NCBI RefSeq assembly: GCF_030684315.1
Contig: NC_081394.1
Coordinates: 11,576,658-11,640,657, forward strand
Direction of reading: 5' to 3'
Length of the DNA: 64,000 nt
Origin: Stegostoma tigrinum
Lineage: Eukaryota
Part shown: piece after piece, positions 14,456-26,414 of the stretch
Layout: the number at the start of each line of letters is the position of its first letter
Numbering within the stretch: position 1 is the stretch's first letter
The notes under the pieces: model-generated
What the model saw: the letters and a program-made list of their open reading frames with translations, nothing else
Database searches by the model: none
What the model was told of the DNA's origin: nothing
Made by a program: the position numbers and the translations under genes

Positions 14456-14940
14456 TTTACTGACTGGAATTGATTCCAATCCATATCCTAAAAAAAATCC
14501 TTTCCATTTTCAATTCCCACTTTTCTTCGATCTGATGTCTGTATGCCATATGCACCAATATATAGCGGTTTCAATCATTTCGATCATCTCATAATTTTCC
14601 AATAACTGAAGGAATGCATCCTACTTCTAATGATTGCTAACAGTGAGTGAGTGACAGAATATTTTCCGCTATTTTTGCTAATGTTAGGAAAGAGGCTATC
14701 ACTATCTTCCTTCTGTGATGGGCAAAAAAGTCACAAGAGCGTTATCTTGTTAGTATAATATCTCAGGGTTCTCACCCATCAAATATCTTGGAGAACAATT
14801 TTTTTTCCAGCGTCATCAATCAGAGGATCATTACCAGAATTCCAACAAAAAACTTCGTTTACACAGCCTAAGCTGTTTCACCCTTAAATAATCATGAATA
14901 ACATATTCCTGCTCATGTCACTATGGTGATCAGGCATGAC

Positions 14941-14946
14941 TTTATT
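14941..14946 (-). terminator. Candidate polyadenylation signal AATAAA of copy A
   Basis: TTTATT on the + strand about 110 nt downstream of the stop codon. Conserved in copy B at 45232-45237 in homologous context (ggcatgactttatttc / ggcattactttatttc). Confidence 0.5.
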
Positions 14947-15054
14947 TCATCAACTACAATGAGAATCAGATCTGCCTTTTTTATAACGAGTAAAACATTC
15001 GAGCTGATGTACAATCAAAAAATGCTTCCGGCCCTCAACGAGTTTAAAATTATG

Positions 15055-15950
15055 TCATTGGATGGTTTGGACTAGTCGAGTACATATGTACAGTAGAACA
15101 TTCTTCAACTGCTTTCGAAACTTTTTCTGTGTCACCACATATATACAAGTATTTGTGCAACAGCTCAAAAGTTGCAACATGAAGCCAATATCTCGCCAAT
15201 ATTGATTTAGCCGTACGGCATACCCCAACAACCTCATCCGTATCCATAATGTAGAAGTTAATAGTGGTGACCACAATAGGATAAAATTAGCAGAGATTAA
15301 GAAGAGTAAAATGATGGAATTTCTTCTGTTCTCCATCTCTGTATCTCTAGCATTTACTACATTTGTGCGAGTCCAGATTCTCTTGCGGAGGTTGGTGTTC
15401 ATTAAAATGTGTTTTCCTGTGAATGCGTTCAATAACAAAATAATGATAAATGGGATAATTGGGGTCAGCATATAATGAGCAAACTCGATGGAGCCCCAGA
15501 CCAAAGAGAATTGAACACCTGTTGATACAAAACAAAACCAGGGTTCTTTATGAAGCCGATACAGACCTGTAAACATGAAATACCAGAATATATTCTTCAA
15601 ACCACTCAAAACAGTCATTGCTCCGAGAATTGCAGCCGCTGTTTTCTCAGTGCAGTATCTACTTCTTAGCTTGCGGCAACAAAGAACTACAAAACGATCA
15701 AAGGTGAAAGCGACGGTGAACCATACAGAACAATCAACAGCTGTATACAGCAGGACAGCATGGATATTGCACAAAGGAACAGACATTAGAAAAACGAATT
15801 GTTTCCTAAAAACAATTGGAATCTGTCTCAACATCAGATCGAGGATAACAACGAGTAAATCTGCCGCTGACATGGCTACCAGGTAACGGGTAATCCATCT
15901 TGAGAGACCACACTTTGCCTGAGAGAGGATGACAATCGTGACAATGTTAA
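15055..15950 (-). CDS. GPR139/GPR142-like class A GPCR, copy A, coding exon 2 (TM1 to C-terminus); spliced product 385 aa
   Basis: Polypyrimidine acceptor TTCTTTACAG|TTAAC at 15951. Joins exon 1 in frame (GLA-V-NIVTIVIL); 262+896=1158 nt. Motifs: YLVAMSAADLL (TM2), CNIH...SVWFTVAFTFDRF (TM3), WFC (ECL2), LTPIIPF (TM5), FILLWSP (TM6), LQLLSCCTNTCIY...FR (TM7/H8). TGA at 15057-15055. The ORF-track extension to 16077 is intronic. Confidence 0.92.
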
Positions 15951-16089
15951 CTGTAAAGAAGAAAAAAAGCACAATTGTATTAGATAGCAGCCTGCATATT
16001 TTTTTCCCCATTGCCTCAGAAATAAATGCCATTGAGTCAAAGAGCTGTACAGCATGGAAACAGACCTTTTTGTCCAACTGACCCTTACC

Positions 16090-16790
16090 AATCAGATATG
16101 AAACTAGCCCGTTTCCAGAATTTTGTTCACATTCCTCTGAACTCTTCCTATTCGTATAATGATTCGGATGACTTTTAGATTTTGTTTTGTAATTGTACCA
16201 GCCTCCACCACTCGACTGCGAGAATGTGAGTTCCTTTCAAACTTGCACCAAAATCTGCATGAAAGAAATGTTGCCTGGCATCCTTTAGAAAACTTGCCAG
16301 ACTCAGCTTCAACATATGCACATCAGTTTTGGCCTCACCCACCATAGGAAAAAAGGTCTTGGATTTTCACCCTCTTCATGTTTCTCATGATATTCTATAC
16401 TTGTACAATGTCAGCCATCAAACTCCGATACTCCAGGGAAAAATGCCTCACCTAATGATGCCCTCCCTGTAGCTCAATCACTGCAACCCAGTGTCCTTTT
16501 TTAAAAGCAATGACCTTTTAACTCCTTTCTGAAAACTTCCAAGTTTCACAACATATTTCTGCAGTGGTGAGAACAGAATTCAATGCATTATTCCAAAAGT
16601 GACCAAACAAATGTCCTGGACAGCAGCAGCATGATATTCCAACAATTATTCTGCATTCAATGACCATGACAGGCAAGCATGCATAACACCTTCTTTGTGA
16701 TCCTGTCTACCAGTCATTCCACTTTCAAGCATCTGTGAAGCTGCACTCCAGTATCTCTTTTTTTTACCTTCTGTAACATTCCCCCGGACC
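16090..16790 (-). mobile_element. Old CR1 3' fragment in the GPCR intron, shared by all three copies
   Basis: CR1 RT C-terminal sequence at homologous positions 16090-16790, ~46400-47090 (LECCFQFWSPCYRK..LERVQK) and ~63590-64000 (inverted). Confidence 0.7.
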
Positions 16791-17882
16791 CAATGACTAA
16801 GTTTACTAATTCAAGGAGTGATGTTTTTTTTCATGAATTTTGATATGAAGAAATCAAGTGAAATTAAACGACAAAGCATATAACAAGAAATGGTTGAGCA
16901 AAGTTTTTAGCATAATCCTCCGGTCTGTCATTTTACTCCTCGCCTTCAGATGCATTTGACATAACATTACTTTCAGTTCTGCTGACGCATCATCCACATT
17001 AATGTTTAATATCTATTTCTCTTTCCATAGAAACTGCTTTATGGATAGCCAATGCATCTTTTTTGATTCAGATAATAAGCACAGCCAGAACTTTCATCTT
17101 TTGAATACTATTACATGTTTTTTTTTCAATCAGAATCGAATTTAATTATATCAAATCAGGCACTAAATAAGCAATGAAACAAACTCAAAAAATTATTTTT
17201 AACACAACTTTTAACAAGCATCCCATTTCTGTCTGACCTCCCCTATTCAATTGCCAATTTTCATATTTTAAACAAGACACTGTTTGGAGAGTTGGATGCA
17301 GTCGGTAGATTTCTGTATTCCCTCCCCGTTAAATGTTGCCTTCCTGGTGGTCACCAAATTCCCACAAAATGTCAAGCTGTAGAGTGGCAATGGCTATAAA
17401 TGTACTATTGACATAGTTTTCAACACAGAGTTATGACAGGCAGACTAAAGCAGCATTTCAACTATCGACATCTGGGCCTAAATTGCTGTAGGTCAACATC
17501 TGTCCTACAAAACAGTTATCCAGGAGAACTGAAACTGCTTGATTTTTCCTGAGAGGCAGCATATGCATTCTCAAAGCTGAAGCAATGCTGTTACCTGCTA
17601 CGTAATCGTTCAAAGTTGCACTGCAAATAAAACTCTCTAAAATAATGCAAACAGTATAATTAATTAAAAGTAGTTCACTGGCGAATGAAAACGATAGAAC
17701 TAATATAATTTACTTAGACAGTTGCCTTTTCTTCTTGCATGAAACATATTTTTTTTACCTCTGCTTTGATTTCCAAATTGTTTTCTTAGTCTTTTATGCA
17801 TATTTCACACGGCAGTGTCTAATCACCCGTTTCTTTGAATGACTGTAAAGTTTGAAAAAATGATGATTGCCACTGAAGAAAA

Positions 17883-19097
17883 GAGCATAGAACATAGAAC
17901 ATTACAGCACAGTACAGGCTCTTCGGCCCTCGACGTTGTGCCGACCTGTCATACCGATCTCAAGCCCATCTAACATTTTCTATTCCATGTATGTCCATAT
18001 GCTTGTCCAATGACGACTTAAATGTACCCAAAGTCGGCGAATCTACTACCGTTGCCGACTAAGTGTTCCATTCCCTTACCACTCTCTGAGTAAAGAAACT
18101 ACCTCTGACATCTGTCCTATACGTTTCACCCCTCAATGTAAAGCTATGCCCCCTCGTGCTCGCTGTCACCATACTAGGAAAAAGGATCTCCCTATCCACC
18201 CTGTCTAACCCTCTGATTATTTTATATGTTTCAATTAAGTCACCTCTCAGCCTCCTTCTCTCTAATGAAAACAGCCTCAAGTCCCTCATCCTTTCCTCGT
18301 ATGACCTTCCCTCCATACCAGGCAACATCCCAGTAAATCTCCTCTGCACCCTTTCCAAAGCTTCCACATCCTTCTTATAATGTGATGACCAGAACCGAAC
18401 ACAATACTCCAAGTGCAGCTGTACCAGGGTTTTGTACAGCTGCAGCATAACCTCTTGGTTCCGGAACTCGATCCCTCTATTAATAAAAGCTAAAAAACTG
18501 TACGCCTTCTCAACAGCCCTGTCAACCTGGGTAGCAACTTTCAAGGGTCTGTGTACATGGACACAGAGATCTCTCTGCTCACCTACACGACTAAGAATCT
18601 TACCATTAGCCCCGTAGTTTGGCTTCTGGTAACTCTTACCAAAGTGCATCACCTCACACTTGTCTGCATTAAACTCCATTTGCCAGGTCTCAGCCCAGCT
18701 CTGCAGCTTATCTATGTCTCGCTGCAACCTACAGCATCCTTCGTCACTATCCACAACTCCACCGAACTTCGTGTTGTCTGCAAATTTGCCAACTCATCCT
18801 TCTATGCCCTCATCCAGGTCATTTATGAAAATGACAAAGAGCAGTGGACCCAACACCGACCCTTGCGGTACACCACTAGAAACTGGTCTCCAGGATGAAC
18901 ATTTATCATCAACTACCACCCTCTGTCATCTTTCAGCAAGTCAATTTTCGATCCAAACTGCTATATCTCCCACAATTCCATTCCTCCGTATTTTGTACAA
19001 TAGCCTATTGTGGGGAGCCTCATCAATCGCCTTGCTGAAATCCATATACACCACATCAACCGGTTTACACTCATCTACCTTGTCGGTCACCTTCTCA
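17883..19097 (-). mobile_element. Young 5'-truncated CR1 LINE with target-site duplication
   Basis: Open 231-aa RT C-terminus (LQRDIDKLQSWAETWQMEFNADKCEVMHFG...LEYCVRFWSSHYKKDVEALERVQRRFT) and a (TTCTATG)n tail at ~17886-17900. AAGAAAA flanks both ends (17876-17882, 19098-19104). The site is empty in B at ~48245. Confidence 0.92.
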
Positions 19098-20899
19098 AAG
19101 AAAAATCTCTACAACAAGTTAGACTTATACTTGATTCAGCGGTCGAGACACAGCCACGAGATTACATCGATCAGATGTTGAAGCATTTTCAAATCGACTT
19201 TCTCAGTGTTATTCTTATACAATTGCAGACTTGAGCACAGTTCTGCTGGTCCAGAAGAAGGGGCACAAATACTGACAAGAATAACTCACTTTTTGTAAAT
19301 GAAAAGAAACTGTATTAAGAATATTCTATTGATATACTGCCCATCAAAACATTCAATGATGTTTCTGACATACCTCTCGAACAGGCGTGATTTCAACCTT
19401 GATCTCTCAGTACCACACTCAAAGGTGAAATAATTCAACACTGCATAATAGAATCCAGTTAAATTATTTATTTATTTTAAATCCATATTTCTTGACAATT
19501 TACCCAGGAATGCCATTCCATACATCCAGAGTAGGTGGAGCTTGTACCTCGACTTTGTAGTTGAGGGACTGGCACACTACCATTGCACTGTTAGATCCCG
19601 AACATTGCAAGATGTTAAATTAGTTACAGTCAGCTGTAACAACTCTTCCAGCAGATTCACAGAAAGCTTCCAGCAACAGCTCGCCCACTTGTTTTGTCAA
19701 GCAATAGAACATGCTGGAAAGTGCATTGTCACAAGTAGCCACTTTATACAAGGTGAAACTTGACATTTGATTGAGATTGTCATTACTGTTGATCGTTCTG
19801 TTGAGGCGCTTTTCAGGCATCCAGGCAGTCTCAGTCTCGCACAATTAACTTTAAAAGATATAAACGCAACTTTCAGCAAGGTATTTGTTGAAGGATTATG
19901 TCATTTTATACAACTGCAGTTCAGAGATATCAGCGATGGGGAGATAATGATGTTTCCCCTAAAATTTGTCACTGATAGAAATGGAAATGCTCGTTTATAA
20001 ACAGTAACTGGAGAGTGGGATTGGGGAAAAATGGCTCACACTTGGCCGTTATTTACCTGGCACTGTATATTTGAGAGGTGATTCCTTTTTGAAGCACGAA
20101 TGCGCTGTTGCCGTAAGACAGAAGTGCAGAATTAAGGTAAAAGCAGTGGAACGCAGTGATCAGGTCAATCTTTTTTGCACATCTACTTGGTGAAAGGACA
20201 GTTCTTCCAAGAACTTGATCAAGCTTATGGTGTATTCAAGGTTATTAATAGCGATATAGAATGCAATAGTCAGTAGTTGTGTTAATTCTGAGAAAAACAA
20301 CCATTTGGGCCCAGCTATTTTTTCATGCCAATCACAGTGAAAGAAGTACTGGGGAGCTCAGTGCCTGACAGAAGGAAGAACAAACTTTTAAAAAAGATTC
20401 TAGCCTTTTGGAAATTAAAATGAGTGAGTAGACCAGACACGTTTTGATTGCATCCCTGAGAAAATAGGTATCTATCAACAAATGTTACAGTTAAACTCAG
20501 ATATAGAAGAGCATAAGGAAATTATAGATGTACATTCTGCAAGGAATGTGTGCTTGACGATTATGGGATCACATTCAAAGAGGCTAATAAATGAAACTGA
20601 GTTGCCACGATAAGAAATCTATCCTCTGAAAGTTTTTTTTTCAGTAAGAACTGCTTTGATAAACATCAGATTCAAAATTGGTATCTAATTATGCATTCGT
20701 TAAATTTACGATTTGTAGATGTCACAGAAAACGAAAATGTAGTGCAGGAGATTTAAAGATTGAGTGCACATGTTAGTCGATTGGAAACACAGTTTTATTA
20801 CTTTTGGGTCAGAAGATGAGCAAGGTTTTCTGCAGTCAGTTTGCAACGAAGAAGGCCTTAGTTCTGCAGCAGAGATCTCATGATAAAAGCAAAAGAAAA

Positions 20900-21205
20900 G
20901 CTATCAATCCAGAGACCTAGATAATGTAAAGGGAACCTGGGTTTCAATCCTGATGTCGCAAGTGGAGGAATTTTAACTCAGTATAAATTCAGAATCCACA
21001 GTCAAACGATGACTGTGGATTGATTGTCAGAAGCACCCACCTGCTTTGGAAATGTCCTGTCATGAAGGAAACTGCCATCCTCACCTGTTTTGGCCTCCAT
21101 GCAATTCCAGACACTCAGCAATGTGGTTGATTCACAAACTGTCTTCTGTAGAATTGTCGATGGGCAATGCTAGCTAGGCCTGCGATGAACACACCCATAA
21201 ATGCT
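20900..21205 (+). mobile_element. Ancient tRNA-derived SINE (Deu/SacSINE-like)
   Basis: ccagagacc...ctgggtttcaatcc head plus gaaggaaactgccatcctcacctg...cagcaatgtggttga core. Related copies at ~49900-50170, ~25330-25560 and ~60150-60400 (minus). Confidence 0.5.
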
Positions 21206-22680
21206 AATGGTTTTAAACAAAAGGGATAACACCAAGAAGTCTAAATTAAGATTGCAGTGGGAGAAGAAAGTGGATAGTCAAAATGTTGTCTCAATTGCTG
21301 CAGCTGTGCCATTGTCTTGGAATACGCCAATTAACTAAATCTTATCACAAAATACAAAAAAAAGGAGAAACTGCCAAATCATTGAAATTACAGTTTTCTA
21401 CTTGCAGTAGATAATTGTATCATTATTGGACGTAGGTGATGTTTTCCATTATTTTGTATTTTTAATTTAAAGCTAAAAAAAATCACCCTCTACATGAACG
21501 ATTTGGATTAAAAGTTATACTTAAAATGTTTTGAGTAATTAACGGGAAATTGCATCTTACATTGCATTTGGTTAGTTCAGTTGCAGGTCTAGCTGGTCTG
21601 TAATTCCAATAGCATGGATTCAATGTCTGAGGTTACTGTGAAGATCTTTTCTTCTGAGACTCTTCAGTAATTTGTGACGTGGTGATACTCATGTTATCTC
21701 ATCCTTGGACGTCGCTCTCTAAAGAGATTGCATCCAGGAATTCTGAATTAAATGGATTTCAACTCACAAGGAGCAGCTCTCCAAAAGCATGTGATTTCAG
21801 GTCAACCTGACAGATTATCTCCTGGTGTGCTGTGATTTCCGACTTTGTCCACCCCATTCCAATACCAACACCTCCATATTATGACGTGATATCTGAGAAT
21901 GAATAACAATTTCAAAGTTTGGCGTTTGAGCAAGAAGAAACAAAGGATAGATATAAATATTACAGTAGCGTTGGCAGCAATATGAAGATGTACTCCGCGT
22001 GGATAGATGAGACCAGTGTCAAATGCAAAATGGTAAACAATAAGTGACAAGCTGTACTGATTGGAAAGCACAGCAGGAATTACAAAACCTTCAATATTCC
22101 TCTGGTCCATCAGCAAACAAAAAAAGTGCAATAATTAGCTAATTCCAATTTTAAATTTGAATTAACTGAAATTAGACACCGATTTATTGCACTATTAACG
22201 TATGTAATTGTGTTCCACTGCTGCCAATGATGAGTATATGACGTGCTGTTCACGATTTAGCCCGTTTTAACTGTTTTTTTAAAGTCTAACTTCTTCTTAT
22301 CCGGGAGACTGTACGGTCACGTAATACAATCAGTCAGAACCATTGTGCTCCGTCCCCGTATGATTTAATCTGCTCATACTACTGCAGCCACGTATCTGGG
22401 ATTTCCACATCACTGACACGACTCACGTGAGATCGTCAGCCGATAAGAAATAGGAACAGAACTGGTTTCCTGTCCTTTCCTCTACTCTGAGGTTCCTTGA
22501 TTTCAGCCTTAAGTGTACACATGACCTCTCTCCATTGGCCACCACTTTCATTGCTCTCTGTGGCAATGTCTTCCAACATCTCGGGACCTATCATCTGAGG
22601 AAGAGGTGAGGATTTCTTCCCTGTTTGATATAGCTGGCATCCATCACCATACTTCAAAGGACAGTAGAATGTGATGGATA

Positions 22681-22823
22681 NNNNNNNNNNNNNNNNNNNN
22701 NNNNNNNNNNNNNNNNNNNNNNNNNNNNNNNNNNNNNNNNNNNNNNNNNNNNNNNNNNNNNNNNNNNNNNNNNNNNNNNNNNNNNNNNNNNNNNNNNNNN
22801 NNNNNNNNNNNNNNNNNNNNNNN
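22681..22823. other. Assembly gap (143 N) inside the intron of copy A
   Basis: Run of N. Confidence 1.
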
Positions 22824-24293
22824 TAAAAAATAATTATTTTATGCATCGGTCTGTGAGGAAAAGGGCACCAAAATCAAATACCAAAAGCTGAGTGTGTTTC
22901 CCACATTTGCTATTGCTGGTGTTTGTCGCCATTTGAAATATAAAATGACAACATTGAAGAAAGTAATGGTTAGCGTTTGCCTGGTGTGGGGGTTGCGGGG
23001 TTTGGGGGTGAGATTGTGGCGCATGTAAGTTAAAAGAAATTTTGACTCCAGCAGCCAATTACTTTGCAGTCTTCAATCAGTGGTGAAGTATCGTGTTGTG
23101 TTGAATATAACGAAAAAGCCCGCGATATCTCCTTCTTGAATTGGATTCACTTCTCATACTGCTTCTGGTTTACGCAAATGTGTGAGAATCTTATTGGTAA
23201 GTCAGGTGAACAGTTAACAAACAGCGTGGTTGTGCTTCCTGTTTGCTTCACTGCAGACGATTTATTTTGCACACTGTACTTTGGTCACTGCACATTTTAT
23301 TTACTGAGCCCACATGCCAGAAACAAAAAAAAAATGTACTGTGAATGTTGGACATCCGAGACAGATACATACATCACTGTTGAAACAAAACCGGCCTGGC
23401 AACATCATTCGAGCGAAAAACAGAGTTATCAGGTTGAGATCGAAACTACAGAAGTGTTGCGTGCAAGAATGTGAATCAGGCAAATGTGAATGGTATCATC
23501 GTGTGTGTGTCAGACAAGTGCCAGTGTAATTTCATTAAATGAAGCTTGATGGGTCAAAGAATGCTGGTTGTGTTAGGTGGGTGCCGGAATGAAAGGCTTT
23601 TGTGTGTGGAATTTTTGTGAAATCATCTCACTGTAAGGGTGACCAAGGCAGATTTGCAACAATCTAGACAGGCTGCAGTAAACATAGAATATAGAACACA
23701 AGACGATAAAACACAAGAACAGCAAATTTGGCCAAGATGTTCACATGACACCGAACTAACCATCCCTTCTGTCTGCCTTTCGTCCATATCCCTCAATTAC
23801 TTGTGTATTTATATGTTCATCTAAATGATCCTGAAATGTCCAACATGCCTGGCAGCATATTTTAGATTCCTACTAGCGTTTATGTAAAAAAAAATACTTG
23901 CCACCATATCTCCTCTGAATTTCCTCCACCCACGTCAAATGCATGACCCTAGTATTCTGACATTTCAACTGTATGAAAAAAAATATTCTGACTGTGAAAT
24001 AAACATTGTTTATACAGCAGATGCAGTCGTTCTGAGCTGGAAAAGATCAAAATTATTACGGTGGCAATGGGCACGATTAATCAGAGAGAGAGTTCGGGCA
24101 ATCATTTCGGAACTGAAGCTCCTCAAAAGTTTTGAGCTATTTATTTAAAGTTTATGATTTGGAAACAGAAATAATATTTTAAAAGATGTAAAGAACGAGG
24201 TAGAAATTTTGAGAATTTTCAATATTCCCTGAAAACTATTATAACATACGTAAGAATGGCTTAGGATCTACCGTGGTGGACACAGACACTCAC

Positions 24294-24555
24294 CAGCAAG
24301 ACCAAAGATAGTGAGGATGGGGTAGTAAATTGCTTGAATAACCCGAAGCACGTATTTGATTCGATGTCTTAAAGGCAGTTCATCGTACCTTGTCGAAAGA
24401 TGGTAAAGTGCCATGGTGAGACTTCTGTTCATTGTTGCAAATTGCCAATCTGTTTTTTTCAGATTCTGATGAACTTCTGTGACAGTCCAATCTATCGTAT
24501 TTAGTGGTTGAATCATTGTTATAACATCCCAATCGAAGCTTAGTCTCTGCACCAT
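24294..24555 (-). CDS. GPR139/GPR142-like class A GPCR, copy A, coding exon 1 (N-terminus and first half of TM1)
   Basis: ATG at 24555 reads MVQRLSFDWDVIT...IKYVLRVIQAIYYPILTIFGLA and ends at a phase-1 donor G|GTGAGT (24293-24288). 262 nt. YYPIL..FGL matches the start of TM1 in GPR139-type receptors. Confidence 0.88.
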
Positions 24556-24642
24556 TGCAGTAACATCGAAATCAATGTTTCTTCTCTCTCAATGCCTTTG
24601 ATTCCTTGCAGGACTGGAGTTGAAATTTCTGACGACTATGGG

Positions 24643-24726
24643 TTATATATTGAAGGGAACGATTTATAAATAGACCGGGAAACCTCCAGTGACACAATTA
24701 GACTCTGGGTTTATTAGCATCAATTA
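24643..24726 (-). promoter_or_regulatory. Putative core promoter of copy A: TATA box, O/E-like site, two TAATTG homeodomain sites
   Basis: Minus strand: TAATTG (24726-24721), CTAATTG (24701-24695), TCACTGGAG (24692-24684) and TATATAA (24649-24643), about 90 nt before the ATG. All are present at the same positions in copy B. Confidence 0.6.
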
Positions 24727-24822
24727 TAGTCACGAAATGTATAAATTCAAATAACATCTTTTAAGCCCATCTTCCTTCACACGTACAAGCATACAGACCC
24801 AGGCTGACAGACACAGGGGCGT

Positions 24823-24823
<1 letters not shown>

Positions 24824-24888
<65 letters not shown>
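24824..24888. repeat. (CA)n microsatellite upstream of the copy A promoter
   Basis: About 32 perfect CA units. The homologous position is the N gap in B and the (TG)n tract at ~60885-60916 in C. Confidence 0.98.
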
Positions 24889-24890
<2 letters not shown>

Positions 24891-26414
24891 TGAAATCCAT
24901 TTGGTTTTTGTATAAGTGGCAAATGAAAGGACTCTCAGAAATGATAATGGCCTTAGCCATATGTATTCGATCATATTTTGATTTTGCAGTCATAACAGAT
25001 CGACAAATACTTGCAAAATTTGCTCACTTCGCAGAAAATAAAAGTGATAAACAGACAATTTGTTTAAAAAGTCTACTGACAATTGAAAGCGTGTGAACTT
25101 TATAGAATTAGTCAAAATGGCGAATTGAATTTGCACTTGTATTCCAAATTTACTTCTTTTTTTTTCTCCCATTAAGTATCAGAAAGCACTGAGGGGAAAG
25201 TTGAATTTAAAAATCGGAGTATCATTTTCATAATTCATTCTTCGGATATGAGTGTCCAAGGACAGCATTTATTGTGCATTCTTAATTGTCATTAAGCTGA
25301 GAAAGCGATGGCCAATATTATTGTTTGATAATTAATCCAGAGACCCAGGTAATATTCTCAACAGGGCAGTAAAAAAAACAATGAAATTAAAGAAAAATAA
25401 AGAACTGTTGTTGGTTGATCAAAAAAAAAGAAAAATCCATCTGGTTTACTGATGTCTTTTAGGGAAGGATGCTCTCATTTTGGCTTGGTCTATGTGACAG
25501 CATGTGTAACTAGACCCACAGCAATCTGTTTCACTCTCAATAGCCCTATGGGCAAATGCACAACTCGTTCAGACATGGTCAAGCCAGGTACAACCACATT
25601 ACATGAATGATGAAGGCAAATGTGCGTAGAAGCTTATAAAAAAAAACAATTTCAAAGGTGGAAATCCAATGCATATATTCGGGAAAATACAACATATGTA
25701 ACTGGTACGAGATTGCATCACATTGTTCTTGGAGTCCTTCCATACTCATCTCTCCCTGATGTCCAAAGGGGCCAATCATTTCTCTTTCTCAGCCTGTACT
25801 CACTGATAAATGTTTCGCAATCCACCGTGTAAGGAATATGTGATTTTTTTTCTTTTCAATCAGAACTCATTTATCCCCATTTCACTTTCTTGGGTGCTTC
25901 TTGGAACTGTTATCCTGCGGTCAATGTTGAAAAGTGAGTGAAACGCCTGCTTGAGAGTTTGAGTGCAACATTTTACCAAATAGATCGCCTCATTCTGGAA
26001 CATAAGAAAGATTTGTTGCCAATGCAGCGTACCGCTGAGATAGTTGTCAATATTGATAGCCCATTCAGTAGTATGTGTGGACAATCTGGTAGCTTTGAAA
26101 TATGCAGGAGTAAGCAAAGTGCCTGAACACAGTAAGGGAATGAAAATACTGGCAATTACTGCAAAGATCCTTTGGATGCAGTCACATATAATAATCATAA
26201 ATGTAGAGATCACAGCAAAGAATGTCAGTATTGCTACCAAAATTGATAGGATGGTAAGTAATGAGGCAGATAGATCTAAATTGCAGGAGGCTCTCAACTG
26301 ATTGCTCAGCTGGTCTAGGTGGAAATCAACATGTAACACTATGAGGGGTTGCACATGCAAATGCTAAACAAGTCAAGTGATTACAGAATGGTGATAGGGC
26401 CCTGGAAATGCACT

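Larger units (their letters stand above)
8900..25350. repeat. Segmental duplicate unit A (direct paralog of ~39630-56170)
   Basis: Colinear diverged matches at 8900~39630, 9260~39980, 10150~42720, 11500~43790, 15950~46280, 19640~48770, 22430~51910, 24294~55114 and 25080~55860. Confidence 0.85.

Noticed and set aside
15347-15886. Overlapping alternative-frame and antisense ORFs in the GPCR exons (also 45366-45701, 46034-46216)
   Set aside because: Shadows of the real coding frame.
15951-16077. N-terminal extension of the 340-aa ORF (MDKKVCFHAV...) as a single-exon gene
   Set aside because: It contains a polypyrimidine tract and AG acceptor, is not conserved as coding sequence in B, and lacks the first half of TM1, which exon 1 supplies in the correct phase.
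19284-19289. GTGAGT donor-like site on the minus strand, conserved in both introns (also ~48423)
   Set aside because: No matching acceptor or conserved reading frame upstream, and exon 1 already joins exon 2 in frame.
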